Origin: Octopus vulgaris
Taxonomy: Eukaryota
Length of the DNA stretch: 64,000 bases
Assembly (NCBI GenBank): GCA_951406725.2
Contig: OX597835.1
Location: forward strand, 8,680,001-8,744,000
Direction of reading: 5' to 3'
This document shows, piece by piece, positions 39,960 through 55,037 of this stretch. Made by a program: the position numbers and the translations under genes. Every line of letters begins with the position of its first letter. The first letter of the stretch is position 1. The notes beneath the pieces were generated by a model, which had not been told where the DNA came from, made no database searches, and saw only the letters and a program-made list of their open reading frames with translations.

Positions 39960-41345
39960 TTGCAATAGGGAGAGGATATGTGTGTGTGTGTGTATGTGTT
40001 TATACATGATCACATCATGCGTAATAAACCGATATTTCTAATGACAGCAATACGTAGCAATAGCGTATATTTCAACCGAGTATCGTAGATTTTGCTGTTG
40101 CGTAATTTACACGGAGGACATTGAATTTCTCTTCTACACTGATCTATTGTTCATTTCTTTATGTTATTATCAGTGAAAATGTGATTATGTGTCTCTCTTG
40201 TCTTTGTTAGTTTAGCGCAATTATTGACATGGAAAAGTCTCGAATGAACTTCTAGCATTTTGAGTATATGCAGAGAACAATTGTTTTCAATTCAATATTA
40301 AAACCACGGACGCCTGAATTATGAACCTGAGGTGCATTGCTTGTAAAAGGAATGGTTCCACATTAATACATTTAAAAGTGCATGCATCTGGAATTTTGCA
40401 CATATATGCATTCATGCGAAGACATATACATAAATATACTCACGCGCACATACATACACGCGGGCGCGCGCAAATATTAATATAGTTGGTAATTGAAATG
40501 CTTAAGTAAGACAAATAAACACAATAGCAACTTGAAATAAGATTTCGTGAAATATTCGTCCTTGTTTCCAAACAGAAATGTAATTTTAAAAGTTGTTTTG
40601 TTGTAGCCTTTCGTTCAGCTTTCTCTTACATTTCTTCTGAAGCAATTACCTCACATAAGAGGTTTGCACTACGGAGATGATAATTATAATGAGTTCAACT
40701 CGGAGTTTGTACATTACTGTAAGTAAAAGTAGAAATGTTATCCGCTCGAAACAGGCAGATATTTTGACAACAGAAAAATTGAATTCACCTTCCTTTTTCA
40801 GGCGTGAAAATACATCTTTCTCTCAGAAAGGGATAACTGAATAAATGTATCCCTATATTTTATAGATAACAAAAATCCCCAAAAGATAATAGAACTCGAT
40901 ATCACTGGAGGAGTTTTTGACAAAATCATATGATCATCAAATTCTGAACAAAGTGTGAAACCTGAATTCTTCAGGGTCACATTTGAGTGCTTGATAATAT
41001 ATGGTGTTAAAACATGGAGAAATAAAAGCTTACAAAATCTGTTCGGAAATGCCTATACAGGGTTTTTGTAAGCAATAATATATAAATGTCATTGACGAAA
41101 AATCTTCATGAACTACCTTATTTCGGTTAAAGTGATGAAGGGATGCGTTATTGTTTGAAATACAAACATTAGACACAGGGATTAGCAAGCATGAGAAAAC
41201 ACGCTAAAGAGATATGAATTTGAATGCATTGAGAAGGTTATACAAAAACTGAGCTAAAGTAAAAACGACTGCCTATTGATGTAGACTGTACAAATACCGT
41301 TCATTACAAACACACACACACAGACATACATAGTTATAAGGACAT

Positions 41346-41380
<35 letters not shown>

Positions 41381-41703
41381 GTTACAAGGACACACACACA
41401 CACATATACCGGCACATCTTGCGTTTATGTGCGCGCTCGCGTTCCGCTTAGTCCATTCTGACAAAATAGTTTAAGCGGAGCAGGAGGATACACGTGGACG
41501 GAGAGGGCCGATGAGGTCACAGATGCGTGACAAAAGATTACTGGAAAATTGACATAAGATAAAATAAGAACAGTGATAAATGAATGAAGTACAAATATAC
41601 AGTGTATGTGTGTGCGATTATTTGGCAAAAAAAATTGCCGTCGCGAACTATAATAAAATTTATTTCAACACTCTGTTTCACATTAGTAATCTTGCTACAC
41701 AAA

Positions 41704-41758
<55 letters not shown>

Positions 41759-42636
41759 TCATTAATCTTGCTACACAAATTCATATATATATATACATAT
41801 GTATGTGTGTTTGTGTATCTGTATACCTGTGTGTCATTTTGTTTTTATCCCCGTTTGACAAAAAGGTGTTGGTTTATTTACGTCTCCGTAACTTAGCGTT
41901 GCGGCATAAGAGGACAGTAGGATAATTACCGGAATATGTTCTGTGGTCAATTTATCCGACTGAAATACTCAGTAGGGCCGCAGTCTAATGACTGAAATAC
42001 ACCAGAGAATATATATATCCGTATGTATATTTACGTAAATGTGTTCGTATGGAACAGAAGCGGCGCTAGGTAATACCTGGTTAACGTACAGCACGCACCC
42101 ACCACCTACTAACCAAACCACCACCATCTCCAAACTATTCAAGCGTCCCGTCTCGTTGATTTCTTGATAGTAACCCTCACCTCACTTTCTACAATACAGC
42201 CGAAATAATTTATTCTAAAGCCAATATGTTTGGCAGAACTCATCACCTATATCAATTTTAAAAATTACACTGAAATCATTATTTCTGGTCATTTCGAAGC
42301 TATTGATTTCCGTTGTCAATGATATTTATTATTGATTTAAATCTATTTATATTTTCATGTGTTTATATTTCATGATTTAGCAACGAAAGGTTGTTTGAGG
42401 GGAATTTCGATAAAAAGAAAAAAGAGAGCTGATATATTAACCATTTATTTGAAACATTACATAATCCGTAACTGATACACCTTTTATATACTGCGGTGTG
42501 AATCTGTTTAAAGGAATGCATTTTACATTCTTAATTGTAAACTTATTTGCTTTAATGAGCGACACCAATTTATTCCTGACAGAAATTACAGTTTACACTT
42601 TGACTTTAGACGGAAACAACATAAAGATAAAGAATC

Positions 42637-42795
42637 CCTCGTCACTTAGCGGTTCGGCAAAAGAGACCGATAGAATAAGTACTGGGCTTACAAAGAATAA
42701 GTCCTGGGGTCGATTTGCTCGACTAAAGGCAGCGCTCCAGCATGGCCGCAGTCAAATGACTGAAACAAGTAAAAGAGTAAAAGAGTAAAAGAGTA
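42637..42795 (+). mobile_element. SINE family A 3' fragment
   Basis: CGTCACTTAGCGGTTCGGC...(GTAAAAGA)3 tail. Confidence 0.9.
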
Positions 42796-43244
42796 ATCGA
42801 AGTGTAGCTGGATCTCAACTCCAGGAAGAAACGAATGAAACATATTTTATGTACCCCTGGATTTTGTGTACCTGGGTGCATCTAATGCCCATAATTCCTT
42901 GCATTATGTTTTTTTTTTAGGAATAAGACTGCGAACTGACAGAACTTTTACCGCGCCGGACCAAATACTTAGCGGATTGGCACAGAAACAATTGTAGCTG
43001 TTTAGTAAAGATGTGCTAAGATTGCGTTGTCTTTTATTTTATATTACCCTTCGCCTGACCCACACCAATGCATTGGCGGATATGATAACTGAATTTTGTG
43101 CAAAAGCAGGATTTTTTTATCTTCCTTCAGACACTAATACAAGAGGCTAGACAACCTCCAGCTTAGCTTGAGTGATGAATTGGAAATTCTCGATGTTTAA
43201 CCCTTTGAAGACCTTAATGTATGTGTTTATGTATAGAAACACAC

Positions 43245-43357
<113 letters not shown>

Positions 43358-43376
43358 CAGGCATATATATATATAT

Positions 43377-43556
43377 ATTTCTTTACTACCCACAAGGGGC
43401 TAAACACAGAGGGGACAACAAGGACAGACAAACGGATTGAATCGATTATATCGACCCCAGTGCCTAACTGGCACTTAATTTATCGACCCCGAAAGGATGA
43501 AAGGCAAAGTCGACCTCGGCGGAATTTGAACTCAGAACGTAACGGCAGACGAAATA
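43377..43556 (-). mobile_element. SINE family C, 5'-truncated
   Basis: Matches 45957-46190. Confidence 0.88.
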
Positions 43557-43674
43557 GGCATATATATATATATATATAGGCATATATAAAACCATATTTA
43601 TAACGAAGGGGAGAAAAGTGTCACAAGCCGTGAAATAAAAATTTACATATGTTCTATATATACTCTCTCTCTCT

Positions 43675-44083
43675 CTCTTTTACTCTTTTACTTGTTTCAG
43701 TCATTTGACTGTGGCCATGCTGGAGCACCGCCTTTAGTCCATCAAATCGACCCCAGAACTTAGTCTTTGTAAGCCTAGTACTTCTTCTATCGCTCTCTTT
43801 TACCGAATCACTAAGATACGGGCACGTAAACATACCAGCATCGGTTGTCAAGCGATGTTGGGGGCACAAACACAGACACACAAACATATATACACACACA
43901 CACACACATATATACATATATATGAAGGGATTCTTTCAGTTTCCGTCTACCAAATCCACTCACATGGCTTTGATCGACCCGAGGCTTATAGTAGAAGACA
44001 CTTGCCCAAGGTGCTACGCAGTGGGACTGATCCCGGACCCATGTGGTTGCTAAACAAGCTACTTACCACACTGCCACTCCTAC
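43675..44083 (-). mobile_element. SINE family A, diverged
   Basis: Reverse-complement match to family A. Confidence 0.88.
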
Positions 44084-44989
44084 ATCTGTGTGTGTGGATG
44101 TGGACGTGTGTGGATGTGTGTGTTTGGGGTTAGTCCTTGTGTAACGGTATGCTAGACCATTTCATCTGTCAGAAGAAATGAGACGGTTGCCTCGTGCACA
44201 AAGTTGCTAATGGAGTGCTTGGAACTGAAATAACCGAAAAATAACCGAAATCAGTTGCTGCAAAACAGGATGATTTAGTTAACGTATTTTATGTAACGTT
44301 CTGATTTCTAAATCTTTACCCTGAACACTCCATTTTCATTTGTACATATATTTTTCAAACATTGAAAGGCAGTTGGATACGATATGAAATTTTCAAAAAA
44401 CTTTTCAAAAACTTTGATGAAAATTTTCAAAAATTTTGAGGAAAACGTTTCAAAATTGACATTCATAACTACGATCATTTGATCCATCATAACTGTCCAT
44501 TCTTTTTCCTTTAAGAGATGTCCGTAGGTATCCAGAATCATTAGGTATCCATACTTCCTTCTTTAAAGAGACGGGACTCATTTGCGAAACATTTGGCTGC
44601 TATGTTCTTACCATACCAAATTGTTCATGTTAGCTACACCCCACCTCTCGATCAGAATACTCGTCTTTTTTCTTTAACAGTCATAAAATCTTCCGCAAGC
44701 AAGAAAATGGTTTGACATTATCGCCTCCATCACTTTTCAGTTGCATTTATGTATATAAATTGTTTATATTATATTTCGTGATTTAGATAATGGATGTATA
44801 GACTTCCTCTCCGTAACGGACTTTCTTTCTCTCTGCCTTTTCCTATGTTCCTTCACTATTTCCTTTGCTTCTTCCTGAAAGATTTTTTTCCATCAGTATT
44901 TTCAATCAGTTACTGCTCTTATATTTTACATTTTTTCCGTTTTTCCTGCAATGTCGTTGTGTTGTTGTTGTTTGTTGCCGTTGTTCTTG

Positions 44990-45204
44990 CTCTTCTTCTT
45001 CTTCTTCTTCTTCTTCTTCTTCTTCCCCTTCTTTTTCTTCTTTTTTCCTTCTCCTTCTTCTCCTTCTTCTTCTTCTTTTTCTTCTTCTTCTTCTTCTTCT
45101 ACTTCTTCTTCTCCTTCTTCTTCTTCTTCTCCTCCTCCCCCTCCCCCTTTCTTCTTCTTAATCTTCTTCTCCTTCTTCTTCTTCTCCTCCTCCTCCCCCT
45201 CCCC

Positions 45205-45235
<31 letters not shown>

Positions 45236-45255
45236 CTTCTTCTTTCTTCTTCTTC
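44990..45255. repeat. (CTT)n polypyrimidine tract
   Basis: Direct reading. Confidence 0.95.
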
Positions 45256-45956
45256 TATTATTGCCATAAAATTCATTTCGCCTCTTCTTTGGCTCTAAGG
45301 AATTGATTGATTGGTTCTGAACATCTAAACAGTATTTGATCCTTTCATCCAGAAATAAAAAAAAGTTTAAAAAAAAAAGCAACGACGTCACCCCCAACAT
45401 AATAAAAAAAAAAACAAGAAAATCCTCAGCAAACAAAGCAAACCCAGAGAACTGTACAGAGCTTGTTTGTTTAGTTAAAGAAATTAATCAGAAAAGCATC
45501 TGAATATTTGCCGGTTTAAAGTGCCTAAAGTGAAAAATCCATAGGCTTATCAGCGGGTTCTCTGTTAGTGATTATATGCTTGCCTTTATACTTTCGGGGT
45601 ATTTACAACAAAAACAGCCCATTAAGTAGACAGTAAACAACTATTAATATATTAACTATTATATCACATAAGGAAGGATATAACTAAAACATCACACAAA
45701 AAAAATCGTAGTTAACAAACAAAACAAGATATTCAAACAAAATCAAGTAAAATTTATGAAAGAGTTAAGAGAAATAAAAGCAAAATCCCAAAATGATCCA
45801 CAACTCCAAAACAACATTAAACATAACAAGACTAATGGCATGAAAGTAAAAGAGAGAGTTTTTGGTCTATAAAGCAATGGAACACCGTCGGTTTCGACGA
45901 GGAGTATTTACTCGTTTTATCAAAGGAAATGCTTTACGGTGAATGAGCGTATAACC

Positions 45957-46190
45957 TATTTCTTTATTACCCACAAGGGGCTAAACATAGAGGGGACAAA
46001 CAAGGACAAAAAAAAGGTATTAAGTCGATTACGTTGACCCCAGTGCGTAACTGGTACTTTATTTTATCGACCCCGAAAGGATGAAAGGCAAAGTCGACCT
46101 CGGCGGAATTTGAACTCAGAACGTAACGGCAGACGAAATACCGCAAAGCATTTCACCTGGTGTGCTAACGTTTCTGCCAGCTCGCCGCCT
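45957..46190 (-). mobile_element. SINE family C, full length with 11-bp TSD
   Basis: TSD AGCGTATAACC at 45946-45956 and 46193-46203. Confidence 0.92.
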
Positions 46191-46208
46191 TTAGCGTATA
46201 ACCGCTTC

Positions 46209-46363
46209 GGTTTTCCACTGACACGTTTTTATTTAATACCAAAGAAGACTCAGCGTTTGGCGGGGCTAAACGATTTTGGATTTTGGATTTTGGTTTTCCA
46301 CTGACACGTTTTTATTTAATACCAAAGAAGACTCAGCGTTTGGCGGGGCTAAACGATTTTGGA
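46209..46363 (+). repeat. Tandem duplication, 83-bp period
   Basis: GGTTTTCCACTGACACG...CGATTTTGGAT twice, joined by (ATTTTGG)n. Confidence 0.95.
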
Positions 46364-47391
46364 TATATGGCATCAGACGGATTTCTGTACAGTTTCCCTT
46401 TATCCAATTTCACTAAAAATGTATCGTTCAGAATCTCGAGACGAGATTGTGAAGACAGATGGTCAAGAATTCGACCACGAAGCATCGAAACAAAAAATAT
46501 GAAGAGCAGACTCATGGCGTGTATGTGTGTGTGTGTGTGTGTGTGTGATATGGTTTGCATGTTCCTGATGTGAAAACATTCGTTGAAACAAATAGTGTTA
46601 CCTATAAATGGGATGATCATTTTGCCAATAAACACACGCTTTTTAGTTGATCTTATTATTATCGCTATGATTGTCATTATCTTATCATCATCATTATCAT
46701 CATCAGTATATTTGTCAGAGAGTTCTTTCGCCGCACATTCCATGGTATCTTCATTGCTTACTCTTCTGTATGGTTTTCTCTTCTGTATGGTTTTCTCTTC
46801 TGTATGGTTTCATCCTAAAATGTCTTTCTCTGAGAAAGACGAGATGGAATAAAAGGAAGCTGCCCCCCCACCAGTACCTGTTTGAAAAATCTCATTAAAT
46901 TGGCGATCATAGCGACATTTGGTAATTGATGGCATCCAATCCAGGTAGTCTAACGTCACCTTTTGCACCCTTCGTAACAGTTTTCAATAACATTCGACGT
47001 GTGAGATCGATGCGTTATCGTCTTGGAAAACTGGACTGCAACCATGGAAACATGTTTCTATCATAGGATGGATCCGATCGCCTAAAATACTCAGTTGATC
47101 CATGGGGTTAATACTGTCAAAACGCACCTCCATTTTCTGGTTCCTCTATGCATGCTTTGCGCTTTGTCTGGAATTATGCTTGCCAGAGCTGGCTTTGTGC
47201 CACCGTTTTGTAATACCGAAACGATTTTAGCCTCTGTGTCTCCCGAAATTTCAAGCAATTCAGCGATTTTAGTGTGAATCTCCAAGAGTGCACAGGTCAA
47301 ACATTTAAGCTAATATAGAAATTGAAAATCGGCGTAATATGTATTATTTTAGAAATACAAATACACACACACGCGCATCGCCCCCCCCCCC

Positions 47392-47426
<35 letters not shown>

Positions 47427-47646
47427 AGACTGGTAAATAGACATGTGATTAAGAGATTTGAGTGATGAATAGATAAGAAAGAAAATGAATGAGAAAATGA
47501 GGAATTAATGCAATGAGAGGGGGGAAAGTCGACAAAAAGTGAGTGGAGAAATTCCAGGGAGAAAAACTAAACAAAATTAGGGGGCCAAGAACCCGAATAA
47601 AGAAACAGGAGACAAGAAAGAACAACACACAGGCGCGCGCGCGCAC

Positions 47647-47696
<50 letters not shown>

Positions 47697-47697
<1 letters not shown>

Positions 47698-48029
47698 AAT
47701 CAAAATATGCAACAAGGATATCAAGAGGTAATGCAGTACGATCGTTTCATGCAACTCCATTTAATTGAACAATGCAATCATTACATCAATTTAAAATGTA
47801 GAGCAATCTTCGGCTGCACAAAGACATATAATTTAATTAAATTAGAACAGATGGACACATTAGTGTAATTATACCTAAAATCTCCAAGTTAAGGAGATAG
47901 ACAAAGGACATGTTGCACCTACAAAAGCATAACCCTAACGAACTGCTGTAGGTGCAACATGTCTTTGTCTATCTCCTTAAAATCTTGGAGATTTTAGGCA
48001 TAATTACACTAATGTGTTCATCTGCTCTA
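47697..48029 (-). mobile_element. PLE-like element with long-stem-II hammerhead (47732-47818) and fold-back (47843-47923 / 47947-48029)
   Basis: Minus strand TGCAG CCGAAGA TTGCTCTA..TGGAGTTGCAT GAA ACGA-TCGT A CTGCA; ~80-bp inverted arms. Confidence 0.75.
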
Positions 48030-49231
48030 CACTTGAGAGCATAAAGACCAGGACCAAACATCGTAATGTAATTTGTTCGACGCGCCGACTACTCTTCCAA
48101 ATCAAATACAACATATTGTAGCATAACATAGACTAAGGGCAACTTAAAGTAAAGTTTACTTCATAAAGTTAAAGAATTCTGCATTATACACAGGATATAT
48201 TGCAGGTGAGGGGGATTTATCCTTTTAGCTCCCCTTCAATACAGGTAATACAACCAAACCGCACAGGTATGATCTCATTCCAAGAGTTTTACGAATGAGC
48301 TTCCATTTTGATACACTGAAATAAGACAATTATTATGATTTGCAACGGTTTAAAAAATAAGGTACAAGGACAAGTATATTCTTGTTAACTCTACCGATTA
48401 AACCACAATTTTCTTCTGATGACGTAGCATATGGCTTGGTAGTATGTGGTCCTATGTAATTGGCATCAACATTATGCCTATCACGATCGAACTTCGAATT
48501 ACCATCTTATTTCTTTATTGCAATTGTATACAAATTAATACACATTCACACACAAGTATAGACAAATATGCCTTCACATAAATACATACGTACATAAATA
48601 CGCAAATACATACATACATATATACACACATACATACATACATACACATATACACTCACATATTCACATCTCTTTGGGCTATAGCAACTGAACGTATATA
48701 CATACGCGAAATAGAGTGCGTGAGGTTGTTGTCGAATGTTTTCCTTTACGACCATTTTATCTTGGGTATGCCAACGAAATGTTTAAAACTCGTTGTCATG
48801 CATAAAGATCTGTAAAATAAAACAGCCATTCAGCCGAGTTATGTTCTGTTTATGTTAATCCTACAACATTATAATAAATACAATCACTCTCTAGAACGTG
48901 TTGAATATTTCTGTTTGTGTTTGAGGAACCGATAAAAATTTATTATACATATAAATATATAACTATTTCTGAGCCACTGTGTGTTATACGCTGTGAGATT
49001 TGCATATAATAATTTCATATAAAAGCACACAAACATACGAAATGTGAGCAACAATAGAAGTGGTGAGAAAGTGTAACACAATTTATGAATTCTTCCCTGA
49101 GCCAAGATTACGGAGAAAGCAATTATTAAAACTGTGTGCAGCTGTATAAGACTGGGATTTACAGAATTTCCATAAAGTACTTATCTGGCGCACACTTGAA
49201 AACACATACATGCAAATACAGATATATAGCA

Positions 49232-49275
<44 letters not shown>

Positions 49276-49585
49276 GTACATATATATATATATATATATA
49301 TATTTATATGTAAGTATGTAAATATGTGTGTATGAATGTTTTACTATGGTGTACATCCATATATATATATATACACACTTTAGCTTTTTTAGGAGTATGT
49401 GGATGTGTGTGTGTGTCTGCGTATGTTTGGGTGTTTATACACAGACACAATTACATATATAACGAGACAACGTATCGGTTTATTCTGAAAATAATTGACA
49501 TTTAAAAATCAACACAAAGACCCAACCACCTGGGCGCATAAGCATTTCTACAATGATACTTATATATATATATGATATATATACA

Positions 49586-49627
<42 letters not shown>

Positions 49628-49633
<6 letters not shown>

Positions 49634-50190
49634 TATATAGAAGGAGCTTCTACAGGACTAGAACTGTTTCATTCAAAAGAAATCATCAGGAAGCTAGTAG
49701 ACAAGAGTTGTTTTGGCATTTATACATTTAGGCAGGTTTAAATGGGTGGTGGTGGGGGACTTTTTGGGGGGTAGGCATGGCGCAAAACTGTCATTATTAG
49801 GGGAGTGGTCAAAGGAATCGGTGGTAAAGTAGATAAAATAATAAAAAAAAGAATAAAATAGAAGGTAGGAGAAAATAGAGTTTTAGGTATTTATTCTTTT
49901 ATTCTTTTATTTATCTTTTATCTACTTTCACCGATTCCTTTGACCACTCCCCTAATAATGACAGTTTTGCGCCATGCCTACCCCCAAAAAAGTCCCCCAC
50001 CACCACCCATTTAAACCTGCCTAAATGTATAAATGCCAAAACAACTCTTGTCTACTAGCTTCCTGATGATTTCTTTTGAATGAAACAGTTCTAGTCCTGT
50101 AGAAGCTCCTTCTATATAATAAATTAATTTACTCTGCTATGTATTGAGTACCTTAGTTACTGTTAACCCAGACTCAACCCGGGACCTACA
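49628..50190. mobile_element. (TA)n-embedded fold-back element, ~210-bp arms plus 66-bp extension; PLE-like
   Basis: Arms ~49628-49840 / 49915-50124 near-perfectly complementary; same family as 22644-22847. Confidence 0.85.
50057..50107 (+). ncRNA. Type I hammerhead ribozyme motif, canonical CUGAUGA (mirror copy 49645-49695, minus)
   Basis: AGCTTC CTGATGA T-TTC-TTTT-GAA-T GAA ACAG-TTCTAGTC-CTGT A GAAGCT. Confidence 0.82.
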
Positions 50191-50231
50191 TATATATATA
50201 TATATATATATATATGTGGTATATATATATA

Positions 50232-50414
<183 letters not shown>

Positions 50415-50599
50415 TCATATATATATATATATATATAATTACACACATACATATACAGACACTATCATGTATGGAAATGGAGACATTGACATTCTTTGAT
50501 ATGGAATCACATTTTAGGATGAGAACGAAAGGAACGCATCAAGAATTCAATGAACGCCGAAAGAAACAATATAAACACCAACACCAAAAAAAGAACTGC

Positions 50600-50651
<52 letters not shown>

Positions 50652-50762
50652 TCGCCGGCTACGTCGATGTTAATGATGTTAGTAATACTCACGTCGGAAG
50701 CAATAAAGTCATTGGCTTATTTTTACCTCGTTAAACGTTCATTGACACTGTAGTCACACACG

Positions 50763-50794
<32 letters not shown>

Positions 50795-51393
50795 TGCATA
50801 CTAAGACGCACCGACACACACACATACACACGCACATAAAGAAACAAACACATTGGCAGAAAAAAAAAAAAGCATACATACATACACATGTGAGAGTACA
50901 CTCGGCATTATACGTACGTATGTATGTATGCATTTGTGTATGTATGTATGCGTGCATGCAAGCATGTGTGTATGTGTGCATGTATGATATGTCAGCAGTA
51001 ATATGATATGGTGTGTCAGGTGAGTGAACTGAACACAACAGACATGTTTCTTGGAATTAGAGACATTTGTGCAAACAGAACACGTCTGATGATACCATTC
51101 ACTTTTTCTTCCTGGCCGAACGTTAGACGGCCTCTTACAAAGTGGTCTGTGTGTCTCAGTATGTATGCATGTGTGCGTGTGTTTATATATAAATGAATAA
51201 ATAAATTATATATATACATATATATATATATATATACATTAATGTTATTATTATTATTATCGGTGAATGCGGCGAGCTGGCAGAGTAATTAGCACGCCGG
51301 GCAACAGACATGTTCGATCTAGTAAACTAGTCTCTTTCCCACAAATTTCGGGGTTTTTGCCTATAGTAGAAACGACTCTTTTTCATCATCACC

Positions 51394-52066
<673 letters not shown>

Positions 52067-52612
52067 GAGTGAGCGAGCAGTTCATGCCATCAAAATGACA
52101 CTGGGGTAAAATATACGAAGCCCAATATACCCATCATGACTACCCGTCTGATAAAGGCACACCAGGCACATGTATCACAACCATATGTGCGTGACATGGT
52201 GATCTCGTATCAAGATAAACAGCACATGACCTTGCAGGTGGAGCCCAGTTAGAATTTTCTTCAGGTTGAGTAACCCATCCCGCTCAAAAGGTCCCTGAAT
52301 AAGGGTTGTTTAAGGATGTTGAAAGAACCACCTATGTTTCCAGAGGTGAACTATTCAAACCCCAAAGAATCCCTCTCAACACATGGCTATGATGCTCCCC
52401 CACTACTTCTGCTCGTGATCAGAGATGCACATATCGTCAGCCACTAAGGGCCATGCTCAACTGGTTAAGGTCAAACAACTGACAAGCAAATCTGTGGTAT
52501 TGAGTAGAATATTTGCTGTAGCCCATCTTTTATACCAAGACAAAACAATGTACATGATAAAACTTCCAATCAGTTAAGATCAGAAGCCATGAGAGCCACT
52601 GCCTGGTACTGC
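52067..52612. mobile_element. Family D non-coding element (~545 bp) inserted in (TAA)n
   Basis: (ATT)n on both sides; partial copies at 23995 and 62262, each abutting TAA repeats at the same end. Confidence 0.85.
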
Positions 52613-52630
52613 TTATTATTATTATTATTA

Positions 52631-52705
<75 letters not shown>

Positions 52706-52719
52706 ATTATTATTATTAA

Positions 52720-52753
<34 letters not shown>

Positions 52754-52806
52754 ATTATTATTATTATTATTATTAATAATATTATTAATATTATTATTAT
52801 TATTAT

Positions 52807-52855
<49 letters not shown>

Positions 52856-52874
52856 TTATTATTATTATTATTAC

Positions 52875-52914
<40 letters not shown>

Positions 52915-52928
52915 GTTATTATTATTAG

Positions 52929-52996
<68 letters not shown>

Positions 52997-52997
<1 letters not shown>

Positions 52998-53096
52998 CTT
53001 TTACGTTTCGAGCCTGCGCTCTTCCACAGAAATAAACACAGAAAGAAACAAGGATAGATAAAATAAATGTGTAGTGGCTACCGATCTATCATGGCG
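52997..53096 (-). mobile_element. Fragment of the 36862 family with variant hammerhead
   Basis: Minus strand TATTT CTGTGGA A GAGC-GCAG-GCTC GAA ACGT A AAAGA. Confidence 0.7.
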
Positions 53097-54617
53097 ACTT
53101 ATATATAAGTGTGTGTGTATGTGTGTGTGTGTATGTGTGTGTGTGTTTGTGTGTTGGTACTGACAAACAGGCATGGGCGCGGGTGTACTTAGTCACCATG
53201 ATATAGGTTAAATGAATTCCATCTGTGTGCGTGTGCTCCACATCGGCAAGAAATTCATTCTAAGCATTGCGAATACTTTTTTTTCAACAGCGAAATTGTT
53301 GCAAGCGAACAGCTTCGCTAGCAAACGGCTCCCGGCTCAATGTCACTGCATGTTAGTTTGATTATTGTCTTCCGTTATAACCCCTGATTAACCAAACTAT
53401 TGAAGTTAGATCTGGCCGACGGAGACTAAAAGAAGCCCATCACATATGTGTGTGTGAGTGTAGTTATGTGCGTGTTTGTGTTTGTATGTGCTTGTGTGTG
53501 TATTGGTATGTGCCTTTGTGCTTGTATTTATCTCCCACCACCGTTCGATAAAATGGAACGCAACATCGTGTACCAGGCATTAGAAACACACGAAGAAGCG
53601 ACGTCAACTCTTTGGACTACATTCTCAAAGGCGGTGCCCCAGCTTTGCCGCACCAATGAATGAAACAAATAAGCTAACGAATAAAAAAAATTATAAACAT
53701 ATTTACAGTTTAGAAGCTAATTACTTTGACCAGAAAATTCGAAATTCTTTAGACATAGCCATTACATCCGGAAAAAATATATATTTTTTTAATTGAAGTC
53801 TTAATGAAACTTTAATTAAATTATTAATGTCAAATCAATGTATGATTAACGGCAAATCTAAAATGTTATATTCTTAAATGATAATGATTGATGTTACCCT
53901 AGTAACACCAAAATCTCATGCGTCACTGAAAACGATGATTGACCAATAAAACGCCCTCTAATTTTGTTTTCTACTACAATTAGAGAATGATTTTCCTCCA
54001 ATAATTTTCGTATCGATTAGGTTAAGAAGTTCTTTTCATTTACATACATCTTCTGCTTCTAACACTGCTCTGAAAGTTAAGTTATGCCGTTTAAATCATT
54101 AAGTCCCATTGTATATATTGTTCAGTGTTGATTATTTCATGAACTTTTACAAACATTTGAACTTTTATAAAGTTGAAATAAAAGTTATGCTTCTAAAATA
54201 TCTCTAGACTCACCACCTATGCAGTTAATTTTTTCTTCAGACACACTTCGAAATACATACATACAATGAATAATTCAACATTTCTGTCAAAATGGAGCGA
54301 TAAGAAAAGAAAAAAATACTCCAACGCATCATTCAGATTTGTGTATAATCGAATAAATACAATTATTCTCACTCAGTTTACATCTATTCATGCATATATA
54401 CGTACATACATATATATGGATGCCAGTGTTAACACAGAAGTATATAACGCACCACTAATCAGAAAAATTCAAATTATTCAGCCCAATGATTAATATTGTA
54501 ATGCTTATTTTGGCACGTATAGGACAACATACATGTTTCTGCCTTATTACAAATTTTCTATAAATCAGATATTTCACGATATTAGCTGAAGCAGTGGTGA
54601 TATAATCATTAAAAGTA

Positions 54618-55037
54618 AGCGTAGGAATGGCTGTGTGATGAGTAGCAGCTTGCTTATCAACCACTTGGTTCCAGGTTCAGTCCCACTGTGTGGCACCTTG
54701 GGCAAGTCTCTTCTGTTATAGCCTCGGGCCGACCAAAGCCTTGTGAGTGGAATTGGTAGACGGAAATTGAAAGAAGCCCGTCGTATATATTTATATATTT
54801 ATATGTGTGTGCATGTGTGCGTATATGTTTGTGTGTCAGTGTTTGTCACCCCAGCATCGCTTGACAACGATGGTAGTGTGTTTACGTCTCCATAACTCAG
54901 CGGTTCTGCAAAAGAGACCGACCGATAGGATAAGTACTAGGCTTACAAAAAGTAAGTCCTGGAGTCGATTTGCTCGACTAAAGGCGGTGCTCCAGTATGG
55001 TCGCACTCAAATGACTGAAATAACTAAAAGAGTAAAA
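54618..55037 (+). mobile_element. SINE family A, diverged full length
   Basis: Colinear match to family A. Confidence 0.88.

Noticed and set aside
46870-47330. Possible Tc1-like transposase N-terminal remnant (IAELLEIS..)
   Set aside because: Only an HTH-like fragment; no catalytic motifs or TIRs confirmed
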